Source of the DNA: Arenicellales bacterium
Lineage (GTDB): Bacteria > Pseudomonadota > Gammaproteobacteria > Arenicellales > Poriferihabitantaceae
Length of the DNA stretch: 64,000 nucleotides
Direction: 5' to 3'
Assembly (NCBI GenBank): GCA_965116595.1
Contig: OZ220708.1
Span: 1,078,875 to 1,142,874, forward strand
Shown here: piece after piece, positions 10,801-18,699 of the stretch
How positions within the stretch are numbered: position 1 is the stretch's first letter
Layout: every line of letters begins with the position of its first letter
Notes under the pieces: model-generated
The model's database searches: none
Told to the model about the DNA's origin: nothing
The model's input: the letters and a program-made list of their open reading frames with translations, nothing else
Translations under genes and position numbers: made by a program

Positions 10801-11160
10801 GAAAGGACGTGTCCTCGCCCCCTCCCCCTCACTCCCCGACGAAAGGAAGTTTGCGTTCGGCGCGTCCGTGACTTGCAGATTCACGGCAAATGACCCGTTG
10901 TGTGGCGATGACAAACTCACCCAGAAACGTATTCTCGTACCCTCTGCCACTGACGCGGGACCATCCCGAGTGATGGTGACCGACGGCAGTGTCTGGGCGA
11001 AGACATTCGGCGCGAAAGCGCTGAGCAGAGGGAGAATGAACAAGACTGACAACAGGCCAAGCCGCAACCCGTGCAGGGTGGAACCGGCGTTGGCGAGAAT
11101 GCCCCGGCGCCCCGAAGCAGAAACCGGACGGTATGGAGTCCCCCGATCAGGGGCGCTCAT
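7861..11160 (-). CDS. type Va autotransporter with a Calx-beta repeat passenger
   Basis: 1099 aa. The signal peptide is LRLGLLSVLFILPLLSAFAPNVFA|Q. About five Calx-beta-like modules are present, three of them near identical (VSFGSSAYSGNEGD..VRVNI.PQRST.TILPITYTNGTAG..DY....SVTIPA.TGFA.FNIPTT.DNEDEDNETFNIAIGTVP.GITKGSPS.ATVTINDDD). A PEPEPEP linker follows. The C-terminal ~400 aa show an alternating beta-barrel pattern ending ...GLGLRLLW (terminal aromatic). The start is uncertain: a TTG at 11067 would give MRLGLLSV..., a textbook signal peptide. Confidence 0.85.
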   Translation of the reverse strand: MSAPDRGTPYRPVSASGRRGILANAGSTLHGLRLGLLSVLFILPLLSAFAPNVFAQTLPSVTITRDGPASVAEGTRIRFWVSLSSPHNGSFAVNLQVTDAPNANFLSSGSEGEGARTRPFLGGTSRTQFFVQTDADSTAELNGPITVKVLPGALYTIGNPSSASVTVTDNDGPLPTSTVNFSSSTYSGDEGDGISVRVNISPPRNTATTLPITYTNGTASNGDYSKSPSSVTIPANTGFATFNIPTTEDNADEANETFTVAIGTVPFGITKGSPSSATVTINDDDSTVRFGSLAYSGNEGDPVSVRVNISPQRSTPTILPITYTNGTAGNGDYSKSPSSVTIPANTGFAEFNIPTTGDNEDEDNETFNIAIGTVPSGITKGSPSTATVTINDDDGTTATTVSFGSSAYSGNEGDEIRVRVNINPQRSTATILPITYTNGTAGSSDYNNSQTSVTIPADTGFATFNIPTTEDNEDEDNETFNIAIGTVPLGITKGSPSSATVTINDDDDTTTTGPTGPTTDPTDPQVPQVSFGSVSHRVTEDDGQVEVEILLTPAPTDAVTLRYTVAGTASMGTDADFQILPRIGSVMVAAGQSRVVIPVTLTDDEEAESDETVILTLVDGEGYTLNQSANIEHTLTVTDNDSGTRPQPEPEPEPAKPIEPMATTSSSVSLLRFGRTVTGQVLDGVLGRVESLGRVGAEGLEVTRSDLLQGAAFTLSSRARTGHLAGFWGNGALGNYQGEEDGIRVDGEVTSVFLGHDMSGRLSGGQPWLAGALLSRNLGEDDWLVAKDRGQVEHSLTTLVPYGSMELSQDLRLWGALGWGRGDMEIQSADQSTTTDTAWRMLAAGFRRNLDSERLTEQGLFLDGVEFSLNGDVRRTRTQSDPVGGIGSTSGRVTRARLGIEGSKTQELGNGATVRPSLEIGLRRDGGDAERGRGVEIGAGIRWSNPSGLGGSMQGRTVTLRSQEELQDRSLSVSVDWDPRPGSALGLSASLGLDAGDVGSSLLFDEGFWNDRDFDDTQRQWRAQAAYGMHTYGRGRVGSPYLTLAGDDHPEKVRFGYRVSSGRSNESVVDLQLDLYLGMDQPVGEETDLGAGLGLRLLW
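9640..10629. repeat. three tandem ~327-339-bp DNA repeats encoding the near-identical Calx-beta modules
   Basis: Protein residues ~178-507 form three units of 109-113 aa with very high identity. The ORF track also shows periodic 92-aa shadow ORFs at 9657, 9996 and 10323. Confidence 0.85.
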
Positions 11161-11186
11161 GACCGACGCACGGGCGCGGGTTGGGC

Positions 11187-11322
11187 CGAACCAGCGAACC
11201 AGCGAACCAGCGAACCAGCGAACCAGCGAACCAGCGAACCAGCGAACCAGCGAACCAGCGAACCAGCGAACCAGCGAACCAGCGAACCAGCGAACCAGCG
11301 AACCAGCGAACCAGCGAACCAG
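11187..11322. repeat. octanucleotide simple sequence repeat (CGAACCAG)x17
   Basis: I counted 17 perfect head-to-tail copies directly in the sequence. The tract starts 27 nt upstream of the autotransporter ATG (11160), in the divergent intergenic region shared with the DrmA-like gene. Confidence 0.97.
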
Positions 11323-11826
11323 CCGATTTTATGCTACCTCCACCCTTTGTCAACCCCTGGAAACCCGTTTCTCCCGAACTCCGACAACTGAGTAAACGAA
11401 TAAATCGTGAATACCGGCCCGTCATCAACCTACCCTCAATGAATATGAATCAAAAAAGCAGATCGGCTTTTCAGCCCCATCTGCCCACAGAGCGGAATCT
11501 ATCACAAAAAACCGGACATTTCTATTTGCTCTTAACACCGTCGAGGAGGCGGATGTGATATTGCTGACCGATGCGACCATCGGCCGATTCTACACGCGAT
11601 TGTGGGGAAAAGATTGTGTGGCTGCAAATCCGGACAATCCGGGTATTTGTCGGCATGGCCCACAATCTCCTTGCAGTCATCCCCGGTCTGTGACATATAT
11701 CGGTCAGGCGCCGCCGGACACAACGGGACACAACGTTCACGGCAGTGGCTAACCAACAGGAATGGGAGAGATGGACGATTTGGAAGAAATTCGAATGCCC
11801 GACTTCTTTTATAGAGCCGATGGCCG

Positions 11827-14800
11827 GTGGTGAATGCCGCCCGCGCCTGGATCGCGCTTGAACATCCATCCCCGGACAGCAACCCCGCCTTTCCCGGCTG
11901 TACACTCGAACTGAACGGACCGCCGAGCCTGTTTTCCGCGATCACGGAACACGACTGGATACTCGTGGTTACGCCGGATGGTGAATTCGTACGCACCGGG
12001 CAGGTCCTTCGTGTTCGTACCGATACCGATAAGGCAACCGTTTATTTCTATCGCCTGCTGAGCGCAAGCAACCAGGTTGCAGTCAAGACCGCCGGTCTGA
12101 TATTGCCTGAGATTGCTGTCCGTCGTCTGCAATGGGATACTTTTGCAAGGGCTGTGGAGATGCTTGCCGGCAGGGCCGTTGACGATGCCCTCCTGATTGA
12201 AAATCAAGCCTATATCAGGGAGTTGCTTCAGCTGGCGGTGATGGACGAGCTGCTTGGACCGGCCAACGGGCCAATTGAACAAATCGTCGATATGAATGTA
12301 CGCGACCGGTATCTGGTCGGTAGACTCTCGCCAATGAAATCAGGCATTGCAGGAGAAGAGCCATTATCCATCGAAGCCGACGAGGGAGAGCCCGGTGATC
12401 CTGATGTGCATAAGGGCAACCAATCTCTCGTCCCGTCCAGTTTCGGAATGACCGTTTGCGTCGACAGCAAAGTCGACATCATTGAAGTCGAGGCGCGATG
12501 GGGGCGTTACCGCCGCGACTACGAAATCGAAGTTTTCAAGACAAAAACAGATCACGACACCAAAGACAAAAATCATGAACACAGAGCGAAGGTATGGCAA
12601 CGCGTCCCCTGCGGAGGCGTCATCAGTATCGACTTGCGGGAAGGGCCGGTCCAGCAAGTGTCGCCAGACGCCGACAACCCGAAAGTTCGCATCCATGGCA
12701 CAGTGCGCGGTAACAGCGTAAACGGCGATCGTCTGGTTACGTTATTTCTCGTCAACACACAGAAAGAGCCTGATGAAAACAAGGACATTGCCTGGGTATT
12801 CCAACCGGAGCTGATCGTTCGCACACCCGCCGATGCGCGCCGGAAAAACGCATTCTGCCGCAAAGTGTCGGTTCACAGGAATGCCGACGACCCGGAGCAT
12901 GATGCACTCGAAATGATTTACCGCAAACATGTCGAATTCGCGGTTGGTCACGGCGTCGCCGTACATGCCGAAACTGCCCCCGGGGAAACTGATCGCGTGA
13001 TCGAGGTGCGCACCGTCGTAATACCCCAATACGAAGTTCCGGTAGCCGAGACGCCAGGACTTCGTCCCGGGGACCGCGCCGCGATGCGGGAGATGGTCGA
13101 GAACGGATTTCTCGATATGGCGCAGCTCGCCGGGATGGACAGGCCGAGGCTGATCAAGGCCCTGACCATTCTTGCAGACGACTACAGGGCATGGATAGAA
13201 GAGCAGCGCGACCGCATTGGAACTGACGTCTTTGGTTTTGGCGAACACGCGGATGCAGCCCTGGAACGTTGCTCTGACATTCACCAACGCCTCGAAAAAG
13301 GCATTAGCCTACTGGACGCTGAGGGAGATGGAACGGCCCTCGAAGCGTTCAGATTTGCCAATCGCGTGATGGCTGAACAACGTATACACAGTATCTATTC
13401 ACTGGCACGGCGGCGCCGGGAAACAGTCGAACTCAAGGATTTCGACGAACCCGGCAACCGGTCGTGGCGTCCGTTCCAGCTTGCCTTCATCCTGCTCTGC
13501 CTGCCGTGTCTGGCCGATCCGGCGCATGCCGACCGAACCAGTCCGGAACAGGCGTTGGCCGATTTACTCTGGTTCCCTACGGGTGGTGGCAAGACCGAAG
13601 CCTACCTTGGTGTCGCTGCCTTCGCGATGGCGATTCGACGCTTGCAGGGCGTAACCGGGGGATACGACAGCAGTCGTGGTCTGGCAGTCATCATGCGTTA
13701 TACGCTCCGCCTGCTGACGTTACAGCAGTTCCAGCGTGCGGCGACGCTGATCTGTGCCATGGAAGTCGTTCGGAAAAAAGCGCTCGCCTCCGGTGACGAC
13801 AAGCTTGGCGCCGAACCCTTCACGGTCGGCTTATGGGTCGGAAACACGGTCACGCCTGGTACGACAGCAGGCATCCACTCGGCAATAGAACGCATTCGTG
13901 ATTCAGGTAAATACGATGCAAGCCGAACGTCGCCGGCACAATTGACGAGCTGTCCATGGTGCGGCACGGAAGTATCGGACAGGCGTGATGTTGAAGTTGA
14001 CAAAATTGCCCTGCGCACGAAGATCTACTGCGGCGACAAGAAGGGGCTATGTGCCTTCTCCAGGGGGCAGTCGAGCAACGAAGTCCATCCCGGCCTGCCG
14101 ATCCTCGTCGTCGACGAAGAGATTTACCACCGTCCGCCGACCATGATGATCGCCACTGTCGATAAGTTCGCCATGATGGCCTGGCGTGGCGAAACACGTA
14201 CCCTGTTCGGGCGTGCGACAGAGGAGTGTCCACGGCACGGCCTGCTCTGGCCGGATGCGAAATGCACCGGAAACCACCACACACAGGGCGGCCTGCCAGC
14301 GACCAGAGTCAAGAGCATCCGGTCGATCCGTCCGCCGGATCTGATCATACAGGACGAATTCCATCTTATCAGCGGACCGCTCGGTACCATGGTTGGCCTC
14401 TACGAGACAGCTGTAGACGAACTCTGCGCCTGGAATCTCGGTGACAAGATCGTAAAACCCAAGATTATCGCTTCAACCGCGACAGTCCGAAAAGCGAAAG
14501 ACCAGGTCAACAACGTCTTTATGCGACGGAGCTCAATCTTCCCACCGAGTGGGCTCGACGTTGCGGATAATTTCTTCTCCGTACTAAGACCCATCAGCCA
14601 GAATCCGGGGCGCCGATATGTAGGCCTCTGTTCTCCCGGAAGCTCGCGCCCGGCGATTCTTATCCGAATTTACACGGCCTTTCTGACCGCTGCACAGGCG
14701 CTGTTCGACAGGTTCGGCCAGATAGCCGATCCCTACCTGACGACGGTTGGCTACTTCAATTCGCTGCGCGAACTCGGGGGCATGAAACGCCTTGCGGAAG

Positions 14801-15750
14801 ACGACGTGCAGACCCGGTGTTTCCGGGTCCAAATGGGCCTGGTTGATCGCCCCGGTCTCGCCCAGCGTAGTGTACGTCATATCCGGGAACTGACATCCCG
14901 TGTTTCGAACCGGGACATCCCCGGATATCTCGACCAATTGGAAGTAAAGTTCAAAGCTGATTTCGACAACGTGAAGGGGAAGTTCATCACACAATGGGAT
15001 GAAGGTGAGACTCGCTCCATCGACATTGTCCTGGCCACGAACATGCTTTCGGTCGGCGTTGACGTGAATCGACTCAGCCTTATGGTCGTCAATGGGCAGC
15101 CGAAAGGAACGGCGGAATATATCCAGGCTACCAGCCGAGTCGGCCGATTCTTTCCGGGGTTGATCTGCACGGTGCTTGCCTGGGCACAGCCGAGAGACCT
15201 GTCCCATTACGAAACCTTCGAGCACTACCACTCGACTTTCTACAAGCATGTCGAAGCCCAGTCGGTAACACCGTTCTCGCCCCGCGCCATGGACCGCGGC
15301 CTGACCGGAGCAATGCTGAGCGTCCTCAGACTCGAAAACACCCGATTCAATTCCAACACAGGAGCGGGCGCACTCAATCGCGCCGACATGGACGAAGTCG
15401 TTCACGTCATCGACGTAATGGTCAGGCGCGCGTGGTTCATATCCGGGCAATCCGCCGTCGGAGAACGCGCTTGTGCCGAGATCAGGGAACGTATCGACGA
15501 ATGGGTCACAGAAGCGGACAAGGGCGGCCGAACCCTGGCCTATGAAAAGAAAGGCAGAAGCAAGGACATGATAGTGCCGCTGCTGCACCGGCCCGGTATT
15601 AAGCCGCGGAATAATTTCACGATCCCGATATCGATGCGCGAAGTCGAGCCCGGCGTACGGTTGGTCATGAACTCGACAAGGTTCGATAATCACGGCCCTG
15701 CCTGGACGCCGCCACCGGCAACCGGTGATGAGGGGGAGGACATATCGTAA
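11827..15750 (+). CDS. drmA: DrmA-like SF2 DExH helicase (DISARM-type large helicase)
   Basis: 1307 aa. It has a ~560-aa N-terminal region. Motif I is LWFPTGGGKTEAYLG, motif II LIIQDEFHLISGPLG, motif III IIASTATV and motif VI YIQATSRVGR. Cys-rich inserts lie between motifs I and II (CPWCGTEV...YCGDKKGLC; CPRHG...AKC). A DUF1998 gene follows it. The GTG start is uncertain. Confidence 0.7.
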   Translation: MVNAARAWIALEHPSPDSNPAFPGCTLELNGPPSLFSAITEHDWILVVTPDGEFVRTGQVLRVRTDTDKATVYFYRLLSASNQVAVKTAGLILPEIAVRRLQWDTFARAVEMLAGRAVDDALLIENQAYIRELLQLAVMDELLGPANGPIEQIVDMNVRDRYLVGRLSPMKSGIAGEEPLSIEADEGEPGDPDVHKGNQSLVPSSFGMTVCVDSKVDIIEVEARWGRYRRDYEIEVFKTKTDHDTKDKNHEHRAKVWQRVPCGGVISIDLREGPVQQVSPDADNPKVRIHGTVRGNSVNGDRLVTLFLVNTQKEPDENKDIAWVFQPELIVRTPADARRKNAFCRKVSVHRNADDPEHDALEMIYRKHVEFAVGHGVAVHAETAPGETDRVIEVRTVVIPQYEVPVAETPGLRPGDRAAMREMVENGFLDMAQLAGMDRPRLIKALTILADDYRAWIEEQRDRIGTDVFGFGEHADAALERCSDIHQRLEKGISLLDAEGDGTALEAFRFANRVMAEQRIHSIYSLARRRRETVELKDFDEPGNRSWRPFQLAFILLCLPCLADPAHADRTSPEQALADLLWFPTGGGKTEAYLGVAAFAMAIRRLQGVTGGYDSSRGLAVIMRYTLRLLTLQQFQRAATLICAMEVVRKKALASGDDKLGAEPFTVGLWVGNTVTPGTTAGIHSAIERIRDSGKYDASRTSPAQLTSCPWCGTEVSDRRDVEVDKIALRTKIYCGDKKGLCAFSRGQSSNEVHPGLPILVVDEEIYHRPPTMMIATVDKFAMMAWRGETRTLFGRATEECPRHGLLWPDAKCTGNHHTQGGLPATRVKSIRSIRPPDLIIQDEFHLISGPLGTMVGLYETAVDELCAWNLGDKIVKPKIIASTATVRKAKDQVNNVFMRRSSIFPPSGLDVADNFFSVLRPISQNPGRRYVGLCSPGSSRPAILIRIYTAFLTAAQALFDRFGQIADPYLTTVGYFNSLRELGGMKRLAEDDVQTRCFRVQMGLVDRPGLAQRSVRHIRELTSRVSNRDIPGYLDQLEVKFKADFDNVKGKFITQWDEGETRSIDIVLATNMLSVGVDVNRLSLMVVNGQPKGTAEYIQATSRVGRFFPGLICTVLAWAQPRDLSHYETFEHYHSTFYKHVEAQSVTPFSPRAMDRGLTGAMLSVLRLENTRFNSNTGAGALNRADMDEVVHVIDVMVRRAWFISGQSAVGERACAEIRERIDEWVTEADKGGRTLAYEKKGRSKDMIVPLLHRPGIKPRNNFTIPISMREVEPGVRLVMNSTRFDNHGPAWTPPPATGDEGEDIS

Positions 15751-15815
15751 ACGATACAACCCCCGTCGGCGAAATCCGCTCAAGTCAAATACTCTGGAAC
15801 TACGGCCCGGGAGCA

Positions 15816-17438
15816 TTGATCGAACTGCCCAACCTGTCCGTGGTCACGATGGGGACCGATCGATGGCAAAAGGACCGGTGCATACAAATCGAGGAAGCCC
15901 GACTATTGTCGGCGGTTCAAAGTGTGCTCGGTCACCAGGTGGAAAGCCTGCGCATGCCTCCGTCCAACAGAAGTGAGGACGATCATCAAAACGACGAAGT
16001 ACTGATTGGTATCCCGGTCAGACCATTTCCGCGCTGGCTGCGCTGCGTCAAATGCGGCCTGTTATCCGAGTTTGATCTCGGCCTCTTCAAGATCAGGAAG
16101 AATCGATTCCGCCCGGAGAACACGCGGTTTGTTCACGGGAACTGCAAGGGATCAAAAGGTAACCTGCCCTCCAGAGACGCGGATGCCGTGCCAGCGCGAT
16201 TCCTGTTCGCCTGCAGAAACGGTCACCTCGACGATTTTCCGTGGCGCTACTTCGTGCACAGTGGACCATCAGCCTGCACGGGCACGTTGCGATTCTTCGA
16301 GAGCGGCGCATCTCTGCAAACCGGAAATCTGTGGGTCAAATGCGACCAATGCAGTACTTCGCGCAACATGGCCCTTGCTTTCGGTAAATCCGGTGAGGAA
16401 AACCTGCCACGATGCCGCGGGCGCCACCCGCATCTCGACCACTACGACGATGATTGCAGGGAACAGGCGCGGACCGTACTGCTGGGCGCAACCAACAGTT
16501 GGTTCCCGATCACACTGTCCGCGCTGGCGATTCCGGTCTCGCGGGATCCGGTCCACCAGCTTGTCCGCAATTGTGGGGATTATTTCAAAGCGGGAATCAA
16601 GGGACCCGAGTGGGAGGCGCTGACCGATCCCGCCCCGTCCAGGGGCGGGCCACATTTCCTGAGCAAACCGGCGCCCGTGCCGACCGGATTTGAGAACCGG
16701 ATTTCCGGCATCCTGTTGCTTGAACGGTTGAGAGAAGTGAATGCGTTGCTCGGTTTCACACGGGTCGAAGCGCCAGAAGAGGGCGGTCCCGACGAGCGTC
16801 CGCTCATGGCCAGACTTTGCAGTGGAGCGCCAACATGGGTTCCCTCCGGCCAAGTGCACGGTGAAGGAATATTCATCCGTTTCGATGAAGACGCACTTCG
16901 GAAATGGGAACAACGGGACAGCGTCCGGGCGAGGGAGATTAAACTGGTATCCGGACACAAGAGCTGGCGGAACTCGCGAAAACTTGATCCCAACGAGGAC
17001 TATCCAGGTGTTCGCTACACGCTGTTGCATACGGTCGCGCACCTGCTGGTTCGTGAACTCGCTCTTGAATGCGGCTATAATTCCGCCAGCATTCGGGAAC
17101 GAATATACGCCGATAACGATAGCGAACAACCGCAGGCCGGTATTCTGGTTTACACCGCTGCCATCGACTCCGACGGCACGCTTGGCGGGCTGGTAGACCT
17201 TGGCAAACCCGAGAATCTCGGCAGACTTCTTATGCAAGCCCTGTCGCGAGCCGAAGTTTGCTCGTCAGATCCGCTCTGCGCGGAACACGAACCGGACAAA
17301 GACCGATCACTGCATGCCGCCTCCTGCCACGCATGCTCTTTCGTTTCGGAAACCTCTTGCGAACGCCAAAACCGTTACCTGGACCGTGCGCTGGTCGTCC
17401 CCACACTGGAAGTTACCGATGCGGCATTTTTCTGTTGA
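15816..17438 (+). CDS. drmB: DrmB-like DUF1998 (MrfA-type Zn-binding) protein
   Basis: 540 aa from a TTG. It has Cys clusters RWLRCVKCG, CRNGHLDDFPW and CDQCS. The C-terminal DUF1998 signature is HAASCHACSFVSETSCERQNRYLDRALV. Coding-like sequence (VGEIRSSQILWNYGPGA) continues upstream of the TTG, so the true start is probably earlier. Confidence 0.7.
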   Translation: MIELPNLSVVTMGTDRWQKDRCIQIEEARLLSAVQSVLGHQVESLRMPPSNRSEDDHQNDEVLIGIPVRPFPRWLRCVKCGLLSEFDLGLFKIRKNRFRPENTRFVHGNCKGSKGNLPSRDADAVPARFLFACRNGHLDDFPWRYFVHSGPSACTGTLRFFESGASLQTGNLWVKCDQCSTSRNMALAFGKSGEENLPRCRGRHPHLDHYDDDCREQARTVLLGATNSWFPITLSALAIPVSRDPVHQLVRNCGDYFKAGIKGPEWEALTDPAPSRGGPHFLSKPAPVPTGFENRISGILLLERLREVNALLGFTRVEAPEEGGPDERPLMARLCSGAPTWVPSGQVHGEGIFIRFDEDALRKWEQRDSVRAREIKLVSGHKSWRNSRKLDPNEDYPGVRYTLLHTVAHLLVRELALECGYNSASIRERIYADNDSEQPQAGILVYTAAIDSDGTLGGLVDLGKPENLGRLLMQALSRAEVCSSDPLCAEHEPDKDRSLHAASCHACSFVSETSCERQNRYLDRALVVPTLEVTDAAFFC

Positions 17439-17469
17439 GGATCGATTGAAGTACTGACCTTCGTCAGCT

Positions 17470-18198
17470 TTAACTTAAGTTCTCAAGCTCGGCTTTATGG
17501 GCCTGTGCCATGTCAAGCATACTATTGAATACGAAATCGTATTTCGGCATTTTACCCGGATTCATCGTTGCGCCAAAGCCCTCCTGGTCATGACGTCTGT
17601 AGATCCAGCAGTTCGCAAGACCATGTTTATTTGCCGGTGCATGGTCATGGAACATGCTTTCCGCTGTATGCAGTATGTCTTTGCGTTCAAGTCCGAGTGC
17701 TGCAAGTCTATCCAGAAAATAGTTGAAATTGCGATCGGAAGGTTTGTATGACCCACAATCTTCAGCAGTGTAAACAGCATCGAATTTAACTTGCAGACGG
17801 GCGTTGCTATAGGCGAAGCTTGCATTGTCGACGTTAGACAGGATGATCAATTTGAAATGTTGCTTCAGATAGGTGAGCGCCTCGACGGAATCTGAAAAAG
17901 CAGGCCAGCGCTTCACCGATTGGCCGTAAGTTCTGGCTTCCTCGTGCGTATGATCGACACCCCATTCTTCGGCGAGGCGCTTGTAAACGATGGATAGTAA
18001 ATCCTGATACAGCATTCCGGGTGTCTGCGCTTGTTGCGCAGATTCGTAGCGGGCGTGCGCTTCCAGAACGACGTCGCGTGACAGGGTGAAATCAGCTTTC
18101 TCTATCAATGAAGCCAGGCCCGTCATCATTCCTGATTCCCAGTCTATCAGAGTACCATAGCAATCGAATACCAGCGCTTTGTAATCAGATAGTTTCAT
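17470..18198 (-). CDS. haloacid dehalogenase type II / HAD-superfamily hydrolase
   Basis: I trimmed the start to MKLSDYKALVFDCYGTLIDWE (DxYGT HAD motif I; ATG at 18198). The longer track ORF (to 18444) would overlap rpsI. SNVDN and the YKP region are consistent with L-2-haloacid dehalogenases. Confidence 0.85.
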   Translation of the reverse strand: MKLSDYKALVFDCYGTLIDWESGMMTGLASLIEKADFTLSRDVVLEAHARYESAQQAQTPGMLYQDLLSIVYKRLAEEWGVDHTHEEARTYGQSVKRWPAFSDSVEALTYLKQHFKLIILSNVDNASFAYSNARLQVKFDAVYTAEDCGSYKPSDRNFNYFLDRLAALGLERKDILHTAESMFHDHAPANKHGLANCWIYRRHDQEGFGATMNPGKMPKYDFVFNSMLDMAQAHKAELENLS

Positions 18199-18256
18199 AT
18201 CTCGACTGCGTAGTTGAGAGCAGACAGTAGGCGGTGTCGGGCCGACGGGCCCGGGT

Positions 18257-18655
18257 CTAACGTTTGGAGTACTGTGGACGCTTTCTGGCCTTGTGCAAGC
18301 CCACTTTTTTGCGTTCAACTTCCCGCGCATCGCGGGTAACAAATCCTGCCTGCCGCAAGGAACTGCGAAGCTCTTCATCGTAAGTGATGAGTGCACGGGT
18401 GATGCCGTGTCGAATAGCGCCAGCCTGACCACTGTTGCCGCCACCGCTTACATTTACCCTGACATCCACCTTGTCGAGCATTTCAACCAGTTCCAGAGGC
18501 TGGCGAACAATCATTCGCGAGGTCTCGCGTCCAAAGTATTCTTCCAGAGGAACCTTGTTGACAACAATGCTGCCGGCGCCGCGTTCAAGATAAACTCGAG
18601 CTGTTGAAGATTTACGACGTCCGGTTCCCCGCCAGGTTTCTTGAGTCTGTGCCAT
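18257..18655 (-). CDS. rpsI: 30S ribosomal protein S9
   Basis: 132 aa. It reads [14 protein letters not shown]...[19 protein letters not shown]...[11 protein letters not shown]. Confidence 0.97.
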   Translation of the reverse strand: MAQTQETWRGTGRRKSSTARVYLERGAGSIVVNKVPLEEYFGRETSRMIVRQPLELVEMLDKVDVRVNVSGGGNSGQAGAIRHGITRALITYDEELRSSLRQAGFVTRDAREVERKKVGLHKARKRPQYSKR

Positions 18656-18699
18656 ATCAAATACGATAACGTTTGATTTAATTCTGAATTTTCATTCTG

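Noticed and set aside
11187-11322. I considered whether the 8-bp tandem tract could be a CRISPR array or could encode a real EPANQRTS-repeat protein (ORFs 11071-11391 and 11181-11558).
   Set aside because: The unit is only 8 bp with no spacers, so it is not CRISPR. The plus-strand ORFs have no start context or flanking domain and exist only because the tract is stop-free in all frames.
7764-11395. Many long plus-strand and alternative-frame ORFs overlap the autotransporter gene, for example 7764-8426, 8111-8671, 9553-10305 and 10748-11395, plus the 92-aa periodic minus-strand ORFs.
   Set aside because: They are Pro/Arg/Ser/Gly-rich shadow ORFs, typical of GC-rich coding DNA read in the wrong frame. 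Their periodicity only mirrors the Calx-beta DNA repeats. The 1099-aa frame has the coherent domain structure.
12742-17237. Large antisense ORFs lie opposite the DrmA-like and DrmB-like genes: 14584-15816 (410 aa), 16269-17237 (322 aa) and 12742-13287.
   Set aside because: They have no recognisable motifs and low-complexity Arg/Gly/Pro-rich composition. The sense frames carry complete helicase and DUF1998 motifs.
17470-18444. The 324-aa version of the HAD ORF extends upstream to 18444.
   Set aside because: The extension overlaps the 3' part of rpsI on the same strand and looks non-protein-like. The canonical HAD motif I follows the internal ATG at 18198.
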